Shown here piece after piece: positions 26,705 through 36,970 of a stretch of 64,000 nucleotides of DNA (the first letter of the stretch is position 1; each line of letters opens with the position of its first letter). The stretch is from Dehalococcoidia bacterium (GTDB taxonomy: Bacteria > Chloroflexota > Dehalococcoidia > Lucifugimonadales > JAGWBF01): the NCBI GenBank assembly GCA_965207935.1, contig CBDBNM010000002.1, forward strand, positions 845,692-909,691, in the 5' to 3' direction. Position numbers and translations under genes: made by a program. The notes beneath the pieces are model-generated. The model saw only the letters and a program-made list of their open reading frames with translations. It was not told the DNA's origin and made no database searches.

Positions 26705-28018
26705 TTATAGTGAAGCTCCCTGGGTTCGGGAACGGATATGGGGGAAAGCGTCCATTCCGGCATAGGTGGCCTCATCCCCCAGCTCAACTTCTATTTTCAG
26801 CAAGCGATTGTACTTGGCCAGGCGCTCGGAGCGGCAGGGAGCGCCCGTCTTGATCTGGCCCGTATTCCATCCCACAGCCAGGTCTGCAATGGTCGTGTCC
26901 TCCGTCTCCCCGGAGCGGTGGCTCATCACCGTGCCCCAGCCCGCCGCCTTCGTCATGGAGACAGCCTCCAGGGTCTCGGTGAGGGTACCTATCTGGTTGG
27001 GCTTTACTAGCACCGCGTTGCTCGCCCCATCCCGGACGCCTATCTCGATGCGGCTGGGGTTGGTGGTGTAGAGGTCGTCGCCCACAAGCTGCACCCTGGC
27101 CCCAAGGGCCCGGTTCAACTCTTTCCATCCGTCCCAATCGTCCTCATGCAGGCCATCTTCGATGCTGATGATGGGGTACTCGTTCGCCCAGGTGCGATAA
27201 AGGTCGATTAGCTCAGCCGAAGAGAGGCTGCGTCCTTCGCAGGCCAGGTTGTAAATGCCGTCGCCATAAAACTCCGAGGCCGCCGCATCCAGGGCGATGA
27301 AACACTGCTCGCCGGGCCGGTACCCCGCGCCTTCGATGGCAGCGCAGACCAGCGCCAAGGCATCCAGGTTGGCCGAAAGGCTGGGGGCGTAACCCCCTTC
27401 ATCTCCCACGTTGGAGCCAAGCCCCCGCTCCCGCAGCAGTTTTCCCAGGGTGTGGTACACTTCGGCGCCGCATCGCAGGGCTTCCGCAAAGGACGGCAGG
27501 CCTGCGGGAACGACCATGACCTCCTGGATGTCGATGGAGTTGTGGGCGTGCCTCCCGCCGTTCAGTATGTTGAACATGGGAACGGGCAGACCGGTCGGCC
27601 CGCCGGCAGCGATGTGGCGGTGAAGAGACATCCCCTCGGAGGCCGACGCAGCCTTTGCCACGGCCATGGAGACCGCCAGCGTCGCATTGGCCCCAAGCTT
27701 GGCCTTGTTGGGTGTGCCGTCCAGCTCCACGAGGATGCGGTCGAGCGCCTCTTGGTCTCCGGCGGGGACGTTTCTCAACGCAGGGGAGATCACCTGCTCC
27801 ACGTTTGCCGCGGCCTTGAGCACTCCCTTGCCACCGTACCGGGCATCGTCCCCGTCCCGCAGCTCCAGGGCCTCATACCTGCCGGTGCTTGCCCCCGACG
27901 GCACCATGGCCCAAGCCGATGAGCCGTCGGACAGGTGGACCGTCGCCTCCACTGTGGGGTTCCCCCGGGAGTCCAGCACCTCCCGGGCTGTTATCTTCTC
28001 CACCGTTGCCCTAGCCAT
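26705..28018 (-). CDS. eno: Enolase
   Basis: Starts [25 protein letters not shown] (ATG is the complement of 28016-28018, overlapping the upstream stop). The 49-aa N-terminal extension in the track ORF is unlikely to be real. Confidence 0.95.
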   Translation of the reverse strand: MARATVEKITAREVLDSRGNPTVEATVHLSDGSSAWAMVPSGASTGRYEALELRDGDDARYGGKGVLKAAANVEQVISPALRNVPAGDQEALDRILVELDGTPNKAKLGANATLAVSMAVAKAASASEGMSLHRHIAAGGPTGLPVPMFNILNGGRHAHNSIDIQEVMVVPAGLPSFAEALRCGAEVYHTLGKLLRERGLGSNVGDEGGYAPSLSANLDALALVCAAIEGAGYRPGEQCFIALDAAASEFYGDGIYNLACEGRSLSSAELIDLYRTWANEYPIISIEDGLHEDDWDGWKELNRALGARVQLVGDDLYTTNPSRIEIGVRDGASNAVLVKPNQIGTLTETLEAVSMTKAAGWGTVMSHRSGETEDTTIADLAVGWNTGQIKTGAPCRSERLAKYNRLLKIEVELGDEATYAGMDAFPHIRSRTQGASL

Positions 28019-28508
28019 CGCGGCTCTCGGCGGCTTGGAGGGCTTTCTCGACAGCATCCAGCGGGTCCTTGGCCGGTATGATGCCTGTGTCCGTTGCGCC
28101 GTCCCTGAAGAGAGTCCAAGTCTCCAGCCCGATGACGGGTATGCCCACTCCCAGGGCATGGCCAATCTCGGACAGGGTCCCGTAAGCCCCGTCCACGGCG
28201 ATAACCGCCCGCCCCGTATAGACGACGATGGCGTTCCGCGCGTAACCCATGTTGGTCAGGATGGGGACATCGACCCACGAGTTGGCCGCCCCGTGCTCCC
28301 TGCCGGGCAGGATTCCTATGGTGGTGCCCCCGGTCTCCTTGGCGCCCCGGCAGACCGCTTCCATGACTCCGCCAAGCCCCCCGCACACCACGGCAGCTCC
28401 GCGCCTTCCCATCTCTCGCCCCACCTCCTCGGCCAGGGCAAGCGCCTCAGGGGTAGCTTCGGAGCCACCGATCACGGCGATGACGGTCTTGGGGAATGTC
28501 ATATCCAC
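28011..28508 (-). CDS. TIGR00725-like / LOG (SLOG) family Rossmann protein
   Basis: 165 aa with [10 protein letters not shown]...[17 protein letters not shown]...GILPG, typical of the LOG/TIGR00725 fold. Confidence 0.7.
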   Translation of the reverse strand: MDMTFPKTVIAVIGGSEATPEALALAEEVGREMGRRGAAVVCGGLGGVMEAVCRGAKETGGTTIGILPGREHGAANSWVDVPILTNMGYARNAIVVYTGRAVIAVDGAYGTLSEIGHALGVGIPVIGLETWTLFRDGATDTGIIPAKDPLDAVEKALQAAESRDG

Positions 28509-28610
28509 ACCTCGGGGAGGCGGTTATGCTCGACACGCAAAAAGCGATGCCTCCGCCCGGTCAGGGGCTGGGAGGCATCGAGTGTTTCTTGGAAAGGCCC
28601 GTCCGTCATA

Positions 28611-29978
28611 TCAGGAGACGGCGACGGGCAGGGGAGGCTTCAGGCTGACGTTCAGCACCCGCTCGCACCAGTGGGCCACTCCAAGAAGCTGCTCCTCAGC
28701 AAAGCCGGGCGCTATAAGTTGGAGGCCCAGGGGCAGGGCGGTGGGATGCAGACCTGAGGGTATGGCGATGGTGGGCAGCCCGGAGTAGCTCCAGGGTATC
28801 TGGAAACGCCGGTCGCCCGTGGTGGCCCGAGTCTTGGGGGAGGGCCCTGGGGTCGCCGGGGTCAGCAGCACATCGTAGTTGGCGGCTATCTCCTCCATGT
28901 CCCGGCGGAACTCTCTTCGCAGGCGCTGGGCTTGGACGTAGCGTACGGCAGGCACCAGCCCACCGGCTTCGATCTGCAATCTCTTGCCGGGGCCAAACTT
29001 TTCTGTCTTCTCCAGGAAGGTATCATGGTGGAAGGAAGCGCTGTGCACCCTGCCCAGCACACCGTGGGCGGCATGGGCGGTGGCAAAGCTGGCCGGGAGC
29101 TTCACATCCTCGACGACAGCCCTGGCTTCCACAAGCTTCTCTACCACCATGTCGGTGTGCTCCCGCACCCCCTCATCGGCATTGACTTCGAAGTACTCGC
29201 GAAGCCTTCCGATTCGTGGAGGTTTGGACCACGAAAGGGCTGCACCGCGATAGTCGCCCACCTTTTCCCGGGATGAGCTGGGGTCGTTGGGATCGTAGCC
29301 CGCAACGGCCGCCAGCATGATGGCCGCGTCTTCGACGTTCTTGGCCAGTATCCCCACATGGTCTCCGGTGAAGCTGTAGGGCAGCATGCCGTAGAGGCTG
29401 ACCCGGCTGTAGGTGGCCTTCAACCCGACTATGCCGTTATAAGAGGCGGGCCGGAGGGTGGAGGCAGAACCCTGGGAGCCGATGGCTATGGGACACATCC
29501 CCACAGATACAGCCACGGCTGAACCAGTGCTGGAGCCGCCCGGCGTGCGCTCCCGGTCCCACGGGTAGTAGGTGGAGGGCGGGTCGGCGGCTGCGAACTC
29601 GGCGGTGGTGGTCTTCCCCATGATGACAGCGCCCGCTTCTCTCAGCCGGGCGATCACCTCGGAGTCGTAGTCAGCCACGAAATCTTCGTATACGCGGGAG
29701 CCGGCGGTGGTCTTCAGCCCATCGGCGTGGAAGATGTCCTTTATAGCTACCGGGATGCCGTGCAAGGGTCCCTTGTATTCGCCCCGGGATATCTCTTCCT
29801 CGCACTTGTGGGCAGCCCCCAGAGCGCCCTCACGGTCAACGTACATCCATGCTTCCAACGAGGGCTCCAGCGCATCTATGCGCTCGAAGAAGGCCTGGAG
29901 GAGGGTTACCGGGGAAAGCTCCCGCTCCTTGATCTGTGCTGCGGCTTGGCCAACTGTCAGGTCGTGAAGGTTTGTCAT
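28611..29978 (-). CDS. Amidase-signature enzyme (GatA/AtzE-like)
   Basis: 455 aa with GIPVAIKDI, GGSSTGSAVAV and the Gly/Ser-rich signature region. Confidence 0.85.
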   Translation of the reverse strand: MTNLHDLTVGQAAAQIKERELSPVTLLQAFFERIDALEPSLEAWMYVDREGALGAAHKCEEEISRGEYKGPLHGIPVAIKDIFHADGLKTTAGSRVYEDFVADYDSEVIARLREAGAVIMGKTTTAEFAAADPPSTYYPWDRERTPGGSSTGSAVAVSVGMCPIAIGSQGSASTLRPASYNGIVGLKATYSRVSLYGMLPYSFTGDHVGILAKNVEDAAIMLAAVAGYDPNDPSSSREKVGDYRGAALSWSKPPRIGRLREYFEVNADEGVREHTDMVVEKLVEARAVVEDVKLPASFATAHAAHGVLGRVHSASFHHDTFLEKTEKFGPGKRLQIEAGGLVPAVRYVQAQRLRREFRRDMEEIAANYDVLLTPATPGPSPKTRATTGDRRFQIPWSYSGLPTIAIPSGLHPTALPLGLQLIAPGFAEEQLLGVAHWCERVLNVSLKPPLPVAVS

Positions 29979-30043
29979 GGGACACCTACCTTGAAATCTG
30001 GCAACCTCAAAGTCGATGGGTGACGGTATTCAAACAGGACCCG

Positions 30044-30238
30044 CTAGTCCTTGAAAAAGAAGGCGGGCTCTTCTTCCTGGCGGGGAAGGTTCTGGTTGAG
30101 CAGCCAAAGGTTGCCCCCGGTCTCTTCCAGGGAGGCTTTCAGGGCTTCGGCCCGCTCAGGTCCCCACACAGCCACAGCCTGCTCCACCAGTTGGGCAACG
30201 ATCTCTTCCTTGGACAGCTTGGGGTCCATCGAAACCAT
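30044..30238 (-). CDS. Small GatC/AtzG-like (DUF4089-like) putative amidase partner
   Basis: 64 aa with GGAGGAG SD 5 nt upstream. It ends EEEPAFFF, like the Glu-Pro-Ala-x-x-F ending of AtzG-like proteins. It lies 65 nt upstream of the amidase on the same strand. Confidence 0.5.
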   Translation of the reverse strand: MVSMDPKLSKEEIVAQLVEQAVAVWGPERAEALKASLEETGGNLWLLNQNLPRQEEEPAFFFKD

Positions 30239-30332
30239 GTCAACTCCTCCGAGGGTGTGCTTCGAGAAAGGGTGGAGAGTCTGGGGACAGCATATCCTGT
30301 AGCAGGTAGGAGGTCAAGGAATGCCGGGGGGT

Positions 30333-31826
30333 CTAGCCGGCTATGGCGAGGGCTTGGGTGGCGGCTTCGATGGCCTCGACTATGGGGAAGGGGTACACAC
30401 CAACGAAGATGGTCCCCAGCACCATCGCCGCCAGCACACCCAATAGCAGCGGGGAAGGCTTCTGGGCCAGGATGATCTCCTGTCCATCCTCTCCCGTCTC
30501 CTTCTCTTCGTCAGCCTGGTCCGGCTTGGGCTCGATGTACATCTGCCGCATGACGTTCAGGTAGTAGTAGAGGGAGAACAGGCTGTTCAGCACCGCAATT
30601 CCCGCCAGCCACAGCATATCCTCGTTGGCGGCTGCGTTGAACAGGTAAAACTTGGTGGCAAAGCCCGCGAAGAAGGGCAGGCCGGCCAGGGAAAAGAGGC
30701 CGATGGAGATGGACGCAGCCAGGAAGGGATGGCTATCCGCCAAGCCCGCCATATCCTTGATCTCTTCCTTGCCCGTCATATTGAAGAAGGCGATCACCCC
30801 GACGAACACAGCCATGCTGGTGAATGCGTAGCCGACGATGTGGAGCATGATGCCGTTGGACGCCAAGTGGGACAGGGCGGCTATGCCGACCAGCAGGTAT
30901 CCCACCTGCCCTATGCTGGAGTAGGCCAGGAGCCTCTTCACGTTGTGCTGGGCCATGGCGACCAGGTTCCCCACGGACATGGTGGCAACAGCGAGCACCG
31001 CTATCAGTATCCGCCAATCATCGATCGCCGGGGCGAAGGCCTCAGAGAACATGCGGAGCACCAGGGCAAAGGCGGCCGCCTTGGAACCGACGGCCAGGTA
31101 GGCGGTTATGGGCAGGGGCGCTCCCTGGTAAACGTCGGGGGCCCACATGTGGAAGGGCACCGCAGCCATCTTGAACCCAAGACCAACCAGCATCAGGCCA
31201 AGGCCCACCCACAGGGCAGGGCTGACATCGCCGGCGTTGGCCAGGAAATCGGCGATATCCACGAACCTGGTGTCCAGCACCGATGTGTAAACCATGCTGA
31301 TGCCGAACAGGAGGAAGGCTGAGGAGAAAGCGCCGATGAGGATGTACTTGATGCCCGCCTCGTTGGAGAGGGGATTGCCCCGCAGGTAGGCCACCATGAT
31401 GTAGAAGCTGAAGCTCATCAGCTCCAGGGCGATGTAGGCGGTGAGTAACTCTCCCGAGGCCGCCATGATGTTCATGGCCAGGATGGCCATGAGGATGATG
31501 GCGTAGTACTCCCCCTGGCTGGAGAAGCGGGCCTTGACGAAATCTATGGAACTGAGGATGACGACGGCACCCAGGACCATGAAGAAGGTCTTGAAGAACA
31601 GGGAGTAGGCATCGACATGGAATAAGCCCCCGTACATGAGCTCATCCCGGTCCCACAACAGCAGCAGGGACAGGACTGTCAGCCCTATAAGTCCCAGGAC
31701 GCTTATCCATGCAAGCCAGTGCTTCCTGCCCTCGGCGAGCAGCAGGTCGGCGGAGAAGATGACGATAGCCAGCCCTGCCAGCAGGAACTCGGGTAGAAGC
31801 AGATGTAGGTTAGCAGTTAGGGACAT
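30333..31826 (-). CDS. nuoN: NADH-quinone oxidoreductase subunit N
   Basis: 497-aa polytopic antiporter-like subunit, last gene of the nuo operon. Confidence 0.9.
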   Translation of the reverse strand: MSLTANLHLLLPEFLLAGLAIVIFSADLLLAEGRKHWLAWISVLGLIGLTVLSLLLLWDRDELMYGGLFHVDAYSLFFKTFFMVLGAVVILSSIDFVKARFSSQGEYYAIILMAILAMNIMAASGELLTAYIALELMSFSFYIMVAYLRGNPLSNEAGIKYILIGAFSSAFLLFGISMVYTSVLDTRFVDIADFLANAGDVSPALWVGLGLMLVGLGFKMAAVPFHMWAPDVYQGAPLPITAYLAVGSKAAAFALVLRMFSEAFAPAIDDWRILIAVLAVATMSVGNLVAMAQHNVKRLLAYSSIGQVGYLLVGIAALSHLASNGIMLHIVGYAFTSMAVFVGVIAFFNMTGKEEIKDMAGLADSHPFLAASISIGLFSLAGLPFFAGFATKFYLFNAAANEDMLWLAGIAVLNSLFSLYYYLNVMRQMYIEPKPDQADEEKETGEDGQEIILAQKPSPLLLGVLAAMVLGTIFVGVYPFPIVEAIEAATQALAIAG

Positions 31827-31831
31827 TTCTC

Positions 31832-33334
31832 TTATCCGGAGCCCAGTATTCCGGGAATCTCGATTACGCCTGCATTGATGACGTCCATCAGGGGCAGGGG
31901 CCAGACCCCGACAAACAGCAGGACAAAGGCCAGAAGGGCGGCGGCGCCCAGCTCAACACGGCTGGCATCGGTCAGGTGCTCCCATTCGGGCCGGATTGGG
32001 CCGAAGAACACCTTGGCCAGCAGCCTGAGGATGTACACGGCCGTTATGGCGGCGCCGATAACCCCTATCACCGCCACGGGCAGGTACGTCTTGAAGGCCC
32101 CCACAAACACCAGGAATTCGGCCACGAAGCCGCTCAGGCCCGGCAGACCCAGGGAAGCCAGCCCTGCGACGGCGAAGAAGGCGGCTGTCATGGGCATCCG
32201 CTTGGCCAAGCCCTCCAGGACTCCGACGTCCCTCACATGGGCCCGGTCGTATATAGCGCCCACAAGGGCGAAGAAGAGGGCTGTCATTATGCCGTGGGAG
32301 AACATCTGCAGCACCGCACCGCCCATACCCAGGCGGTCCAGTGTAGCGATGCCTATGAGCACGTACCCCATGTGGCTCACGCTGGAGTAGCCCACGACGT
32401 ACTTCAGGTCGGTCTGGGACATGGCCGACACCGCGCCGTAGAAGACGTTCACAGCCCCAAGCCCCACAAGCACGGGCAGCCACGTCTCGGCGCCCTCTGG
32501 CATTAGCTCCAAGCCCACCCGGATGATTCCGTAGGCCCCCAGCTTCATCAGAACGCCGGCGTGGAGCATGCTCACCGATGTGGGAGCAGCCACGTGGCCG
32601 TCAGGCGACCAGGTATGGAAGGGCCACAGGCCCGCCAGCACCCCAAAGCCCACCATCACCAACGGGAAGAAGAGGTTTTGGAAGTGCTTGTAGCTGTCGT
32701 TGAACTCTACGCTCCGCAGCTCCTCCAAGGAGAAGGTGGGAGTGCCCGCCTGGTAGGACGCCCAGAACATCGCCATGATGGCAACCCATACCAGGACGCT
32801 TCCCGCCACCAGGTACAACGTCAGCTTCATTGCGCCGTACTCTTTGCTGCGGAAGAAGGTCCCGAAGTCGCTGCTGCTTCCCCAGACACCTATCAAGAGG
32901 AACATGGGCAGCACCGCCAGCTCGTAGAAGAAGAACAGGAAGAACAGGTCCATGCTCACGAAGGTGCCGAAGACGCCTGCTACCAGCATCATGAGGAGCA
33001 CCAGGAAGTCTTTAGGCCGGTGCTCGATGTTCCAGGCAATCAGGGTTGCTGCGAACATGACGATCCCGGTGAGCAGCACCATGGGGGCCGATATGCCGTC
33101 CATGCCCAGGCTGAAGGTAATGTTCATGGGATGGTCCAGCCACTTGAAGGACTCCCTGAACTGAAAGCCGCCGGCCGAGTAGTCGTAGGCCGCGAACAGC
33201 ACGATGCTCAGGATGAGGGTAGCGACGGACAGCAGGATGGCGAACACCTTGATCTCTCTTCCCCTGTGAGCAGGGAAGAAAGCCAGGATAATGCCCCCCA
33301 GGAGGGGGATCAGTATGGTGGCGAACAAAGCCAT
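31832..33334 (-). CDS. nuoM: NADH-quinone oxidoreductase subunit M
   Basis: 500-aa antiporter-like subunit located between nuoL and nuoN. Confidence 0.9.
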   Translation of the reverse strand: MALFATILIPLLGGIILAFFPAHRGREIKVFAILLSVATLILSIVLFAAYDYSAGGFQFRESFKWLDHPMNITFSLGMDGISAPMVLLTGIVMFAATLIAWNIEHRPKDFLVLLMMLVAGVFGTFVSMDLFFLFFFYELAVLPMFLLIGVWGSSSDFGTFFRSKEYGAMKLTLYLVAGSVLVWVAIMAMFWASYQAGTPTFSLEELRSVEFNDSYKHFQNLFFPLVMVGFGVLAGLWPFHTWSPDGHVAAPTSVSMLHAGVLMKLGAYGIIRVGLELMPEGAETWLPVLVGLGAVNVFYGAVSAMSQTDLKYVVGYSSVSHMGYVLIGIATLDRLGMGGAVLQMFSHGIMTALFFALVGAIYDRAHVRDVGVLEGLAKRMPMTAAFFAVAGLASLGLPGLSGFVAEFLVFVGAFKTYLPVAVIGVIGAAITAVYILRLLAKVFFGPIRPEWEHLTDASRVELGAAALLAFVLLFVGVWPLPLMDVINAGVIEIPGILGSG

Positions 33335-33362
33335 CCTACAAAGCTACTCCATCACTCTTGAT

Positions 33363-35249
33363 CTACCTGGTGGTCAACAGCCACCAGAATAAAGCTACGA
33401 AGATTCCACCTATGACCATGCCAAGGGCGTAGTTGTACATCCGCCCCGTAACGTGGTAGCGGATAATGCCGCCGGACCAGCGGACGCTCTTGGCGGGGCC
33501 ATCCACGCCCGTATCGTTGACCACGATCCGGTCGAAGAGCGCCACCACCTTGGCTACCAGCAGGATGATCCTGTCGATGGTCCACTGGTAGAGGTCGTCC
33601 AGGTAGTACTTATTCTCGATGATGCGGTTCAAGCCTCCAAGACGGGCTTTAAACGGATCCAGCAACGTGGACCCTTTTCCGTATGCCGCCCATCCCAACC
33701 AGAGGGCGACCAGGGCCAGCAGGGCCGACCCGATCCCCAGGATGTAGTTGAACTCGAAGGCGTGGGCCTTGTCGAAGAAAAGGAAGGTGCCAAAGCCTCC
33801 CGTGTCGGTCACTCTCAGGGCGATAAAGCCCACCACAGCCGCTGGCACTGCCAGCAGGAGCATGGGACCAGTCATCACCCAGGGAGACTCATGGACGTGC
33901 CGGTTCTCATCCTTCAGCTGCCCGAAGAAGACGACGAACAGGGCTCGGGCCATATACAAGGCGCTCAGGAAGGCGGCGATGAGGGCAAAGGCCAGCAGGT
34001 AGTTCTTGTGGTCCAGCACCGCCAGCAGCATCTCATCCTTGCTCCAGAACCCGGCCAGGAGGGGCGCCCCAGCCAGGGACAGGGCGCCGATGGTGAAGGT
34101 CAACGCCGTTACGGGCATCACTTTCCTCAGGCCCCCCATCTTCCGTATGTCCGTTTCCTCCTCCATACTGTGCATCACGCTTCCGGCGCCAAGGAACAGC
34201 ACCGCCTTGGAGAACCCGTGGGCCACCAGGTGGAATATGGCTGCGGTGTAGCCGAAAGCACCCAGGGAGAGCATCATCAGCCCAAGATGGCTCACCGTGG
34301 AGTATGCCAGTATGCGCTTCAGGTCGGTGACGACCAGGGCTTGGGATGCTGCGATGAGGGCGGTGATCAAACCGATGACGGCAACCACTATGAGCGCATC
34401 GGGGGCTGCCTCGAAGATGGGGAAGGTCCGTGCCACCAGGAACACGCCTGCCGCCACCATCGTCGCTGCATGTATCAAGGCGCTGACGGGTGTGGGGCCT
34501 TCCATGGCATCGGGCAGCCAGACGTGCAGGGGGAACTGGGCCGACTTGCCCATCGCCCCCAGGAAGAGGAGCAGGGCCGCCAGCGTGAGGGTGCCCTGGC
34601 CGATCTGCCCTGCCGCGGCAGCCTCGAATGTTCCCGACATGCTGAAGGTGCCCGTCTGGTCGAAGAGCAGCAGAATCCCGATGAGCAGGCCCACGTCCCC
34701 GATGCGCGTGGTGATGAACGCCTTCTTGGCCGCCTCGCTGGCCGACCTGCGCTCATACCAGAAGCCGATGAGCAGGTAGGAGCAGAGGCCCACCAGCTCC
34801 CAGACCACGTACAGGAGCAGGAAGTTGTCCGCCAGCACCAGGGCCAGCATGGATGCGATGAACAGGGAGTGGACAGCGAAGTACCATCCCAAGCGAGGGT
34901 CGCCCTTCATGTAGCCGAGGGAGTACACCTGGATCATGAGCCCGACCAGGGTGACCATCCCCAGCATTACGACGGACAGGGGATCGACGATGATTCCCCA
35001 GACCAGCTCGACATCCCCGGCGGTGAACCACTCCATGTTGAAGTTGCAGGTCGCCTGACCGAAGGCCTTGGAGCAGTCCGCCCCCAGGAATCCGACCAGC
35101 ACCACCCAGAAGACGACAAACCCGCCCCCGATGGCCAGGATGGATATCCAGACGCCACGACCCGGGAGGAGTCTGCCGAAAAAGACGATCAGGAAGAATG
35201 CGATGAAGCTGAAGGCTGGGATCAGCCATGCTAGCTGTGCAAGGTCCAT
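33363..35249 (-). CDS. nuoL: NADH-quinone oxidoreductase subunit L
   Basis: 628 aa, the longest antiporter-like subunit, with a C-terminal lateral-helix region. Confidence 0.9.
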   Translation of the reverse strand: MDLAQLAWLIPAFSFIAFFLIVFFGRLLPGRGVWISILAIGGGFVVFWVVLVGFLGADCSKAFGQATCNFNMEWFTAGDVELVWGIIVDPLSVVMLGMVTLVGLMIQVYSLGYMKGDPRLGWYFAVHSLFIASMLALVLADNFLLLYVVWELVGLCSYLLIGFWYERRSASEAAKKAFITTRIGDVGLLIGILLLFDQTGTFSMSGTFEAAAAGQIGQGTLTLAALLLFLGAMGKSAQFPLHVWLPDAMEGPTPVSALIHAATMVAAGVFLVARTFPIFEAAPDALIVVAVIGLITALIAASQALVVTDLKRILAYSTVSHLGLMMLSLGAFGYTAAIFHLVAHGFSKAVLFLGAGSVMHSMEEETDIRKMGGLRKVMPVTALTFTIGALSLAGAPLLAGFWSKDEMLLAVLDHKNYLLAFALIAAFLSALYMARALFVVFFGQLKDENRHVHESPWVMTGPMLLLAVPAAVVGFIALRVTDTGGFGTFLFFDKAHAFEFNYILGIGSALLALVALWLGWAAYGKGSTLLDPFKARLGGLNRIIENKYYLDDLYQWTIDRIILLVAKVVALFDRIVVNDTGVDGPAKSVRWSGGIIRYHVTGRMYNYALGMVIGGIFVALFWWLLTTR

Positions 35250-35292
35250 CGGGGGTACCCTTAAGCCTCCGCTCCGCTAGAATCGCTGGCTC

Positions 35293-35595
35293 TTACCACT
35301 TCATCAAGTCCACTTCGTCCACGTTGACCGTGGACTTGTTACGGGCCAGCTGGAGGATGATCGCCAGGGCCAACCCCACTTCGGCCGCCGCAACGGTGAT
35401 CACGAAGATGGCGATGATCTGCCCGACAAAGGCCGAGTCCAGGAAGGCGGCCGCGGCAATCAGGTTGATGTTTACGGCATTGAGCATCAGCTCGATGGAC
35501 ATCAGTATGAGCACCGAGCTGCGCCGGGCCAGCACCCCATACAGGCCGATGGAGAAGAGGGCGACGGAAAGGACCTGGAAGAATTCCAGGGACAT
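35293..35595 (-). CDS. nuoK: NADH-quinone oxidoreductase subunit K
   Basis: 100 aa with 3 TM helices. Contains LMSIELMLNAVNI. Overlaps the nuoJ stop. Confidence 0.9.
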   Translation of the reverse strand: MSLEFFQVLSVALFSIGLYGVLARRSSVLILMSIELMLNAVNINLIAAAAFLDSAFVGQIIAIFVITVAAAEVGLALAIILQLARNKSTVNVDEVDLMKW

Positions 35596-36080
35596 CAGCC
35601 CCTACCCCCCGCCCGGGCGATGATGATGGCCCCGATAAGGGCTACCAGCAGGACCAGGGATGCGACCTCAAAGGGCAGAGCCCAGTCGGTAAACAGGGTT
35701 TCGCCCAGCTTGGCAAGGCCGGGACCCTCGGGTTCGGCGTCGGGGCCGGGCTTCCAGAGAATGGCAGCCGTTACCACGCCAAATACGCCTCCCGCGGCCA
35801 AAATGGCCAGGGGCCACTGCCGGTTGTCGGATATTCGGGGGTACTCCCTGCTCCTGGTGAGCATGATGGCGAAGAGGAGGACGATGATGATCGCTCCTCC
35901 GTAAATGAGCACCTGCACCAGGGCCAGGAACTCGGCGAAAAGCAGCAGGTACAGCCCCGCAACAGCCACCAGGGAAAGCAGCAGGAACAGGGCAGCGTGC
36001 ACCACATTCCGTGTTGCTACAACTCCCAGGCCACCCCCGAGGGCCATGGCGGCCGCGATCCCAAAGAGAACTTCGGTCAC
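35595..36080 (-). CDS. nuoJ: NADH-quinone oxidoreductase subunit J
   Basis: 161 aa with the typical NuoJ TM pattern and operon position. Confidence 0.85.
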   Translation of the reverse strand: MTEVLFGIAAAMALGGGLGVVATRNVVHAALFLLLSLVAVAGLYLLLFAEFLALVQVLIYGGAIIIVLLFAIMLTRSREYPRISDNRQWPLAILAAGGVFGVVTAAILWKPGPDAEPEGPGLAKLGETLFTDWALPFEVASLVLLVALIGAIIIARAGGRG

Positions 36081-36179
36081 TACAGGCTGCCCTCGCCCAG
36101 CGCCGCAGGTACGTTCATCACCTGCGGCAGCTTCTCAGCTATTGCGCACCGCCCCCAACTGAACAAAGCCGGCATTCTG

Positions 36180-36371
36180 CTATTTGAGCTCCAGCTCGGT
36201 CTCGGAAAAGAGCTTGCCCTTGAGCTTGTGCTCTTCGAAATCGTGGTCCGGCTCTACGATGTACTTGCCACCCTCGGCGGCCCGGGCGGTGCCCGTTACA
36301 TCTTTCGCCTGCTGATAGAGCATCGGCTTGGATATGACCACATGCTTGCCATCCAACGCTGCGTCAGCCAT
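36180..36371 (-). CDS. Small soluble hypothetical protein embedded between nuoI and nuoJ
   Basis: 63 aa with a strong AAAGGAGGGAG SD 3 nt upstream of the ATG. Translation MADAALDGKHVVISKPMLYQQAKDVTGTARAAEGGKYIVEPDHDFEEHKLKGKLF. I recognise no family. Confidence 0.6.
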   Translation of the reverse strand: MADAALDGKHVVISKPMLYQQAKDVTGTARAAEGGKYIVEPDHDFEEHKLKGKLFSETELELK

Positions 36372-36433
36372 AGCTCCCTCCTTTTAGAACCAAGATGTTG
36401 TTTGTGCCTACTGTCCCTGCGCTGGGCAGGGGC

Positions 36434-36967
36434 TTAAGCGCCAGAGTCACCGGTGGCTGCCGCCTCCTCAGCCTTGGCTTCACTCTTCTTGGCCAACTCC
36501 GACGGCGGCACCCAGGCAGTATCCCGCTGGAACTGCTTCCCCATATCCAGGAGAGGCTCAAGGTCAACCCGGTCTCCGTTGCGTTCGTACACGCTCAGCT
36601 CATGCTCGTGGCTCATCACGATAGCATCGAAGTTGCAAACCTCGACGCAGATGCCACAGAGGATGCACCGGTTCAGGTTTATCTCGAAGGTATCGACGAT
36701 CTTCTTGCGGGTGCTCTTGCCCTCCTGCTGAAGGGGGTTGTCCTTCATGGTTGCGCTCATGCACAGGGTCGGGCAGTTGCGAATGCACACCATGCAGGCT
36801 GTGCAGTAGGGCTCGTCAACCTGGTAGTCCCAGGTCAATGCCGGGAAGCCCATATACCTGGGCTGGATGGGCAGGTGCTGCTTGGGGTACTGGGCGGTGA
36901 CAGGCCTGCGCAGCCCGTTAAGGGTAGAGCGAATGGTGACCATCATGCCTTTGAGTCCACCCAGCAT
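36434..36967 (-). CDS. nuoI: NADH-quinone oxidoreductase subunit I (2x[4Fe-4S])
   Basis: Two ferredoxin-type Cys clusters, CTACMVCIRNCP and CILCGICVEVCN. Confidence 0.92.
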   Translation of the reverse strand: MLGGLKGMMVTIRSTLNGLRRPVTAQYPKQHLPIQPRYMGFPALTWDYQVDEPYCTACMVCIRNCPTLCMSATMKDNPLQQEGKSTRKKIVDTFEINLNRCILCGICVEVCNFDAIVMSHEHELSVYERNGDRVDLEPLLDMGKQFQRDTAWVPPSELAKKSEAKAEEAAATGDSGA

Positions 36968-36970
36968 CGG

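Noticed and set aside
26705-28165. Long N-terminal extensions in track ORFs: enolase +49 aa, DUF1015 to 20156, nuoB +36 aa, LLM 47282 +37 aa, sat +13 aa, plsY +90 aa, and the recombinase +23 aa.
   Set aside because: Family-typical N-termini preceded by good SD sequences lie at internal start codons. The extensions overlap upstream genes or promoters.
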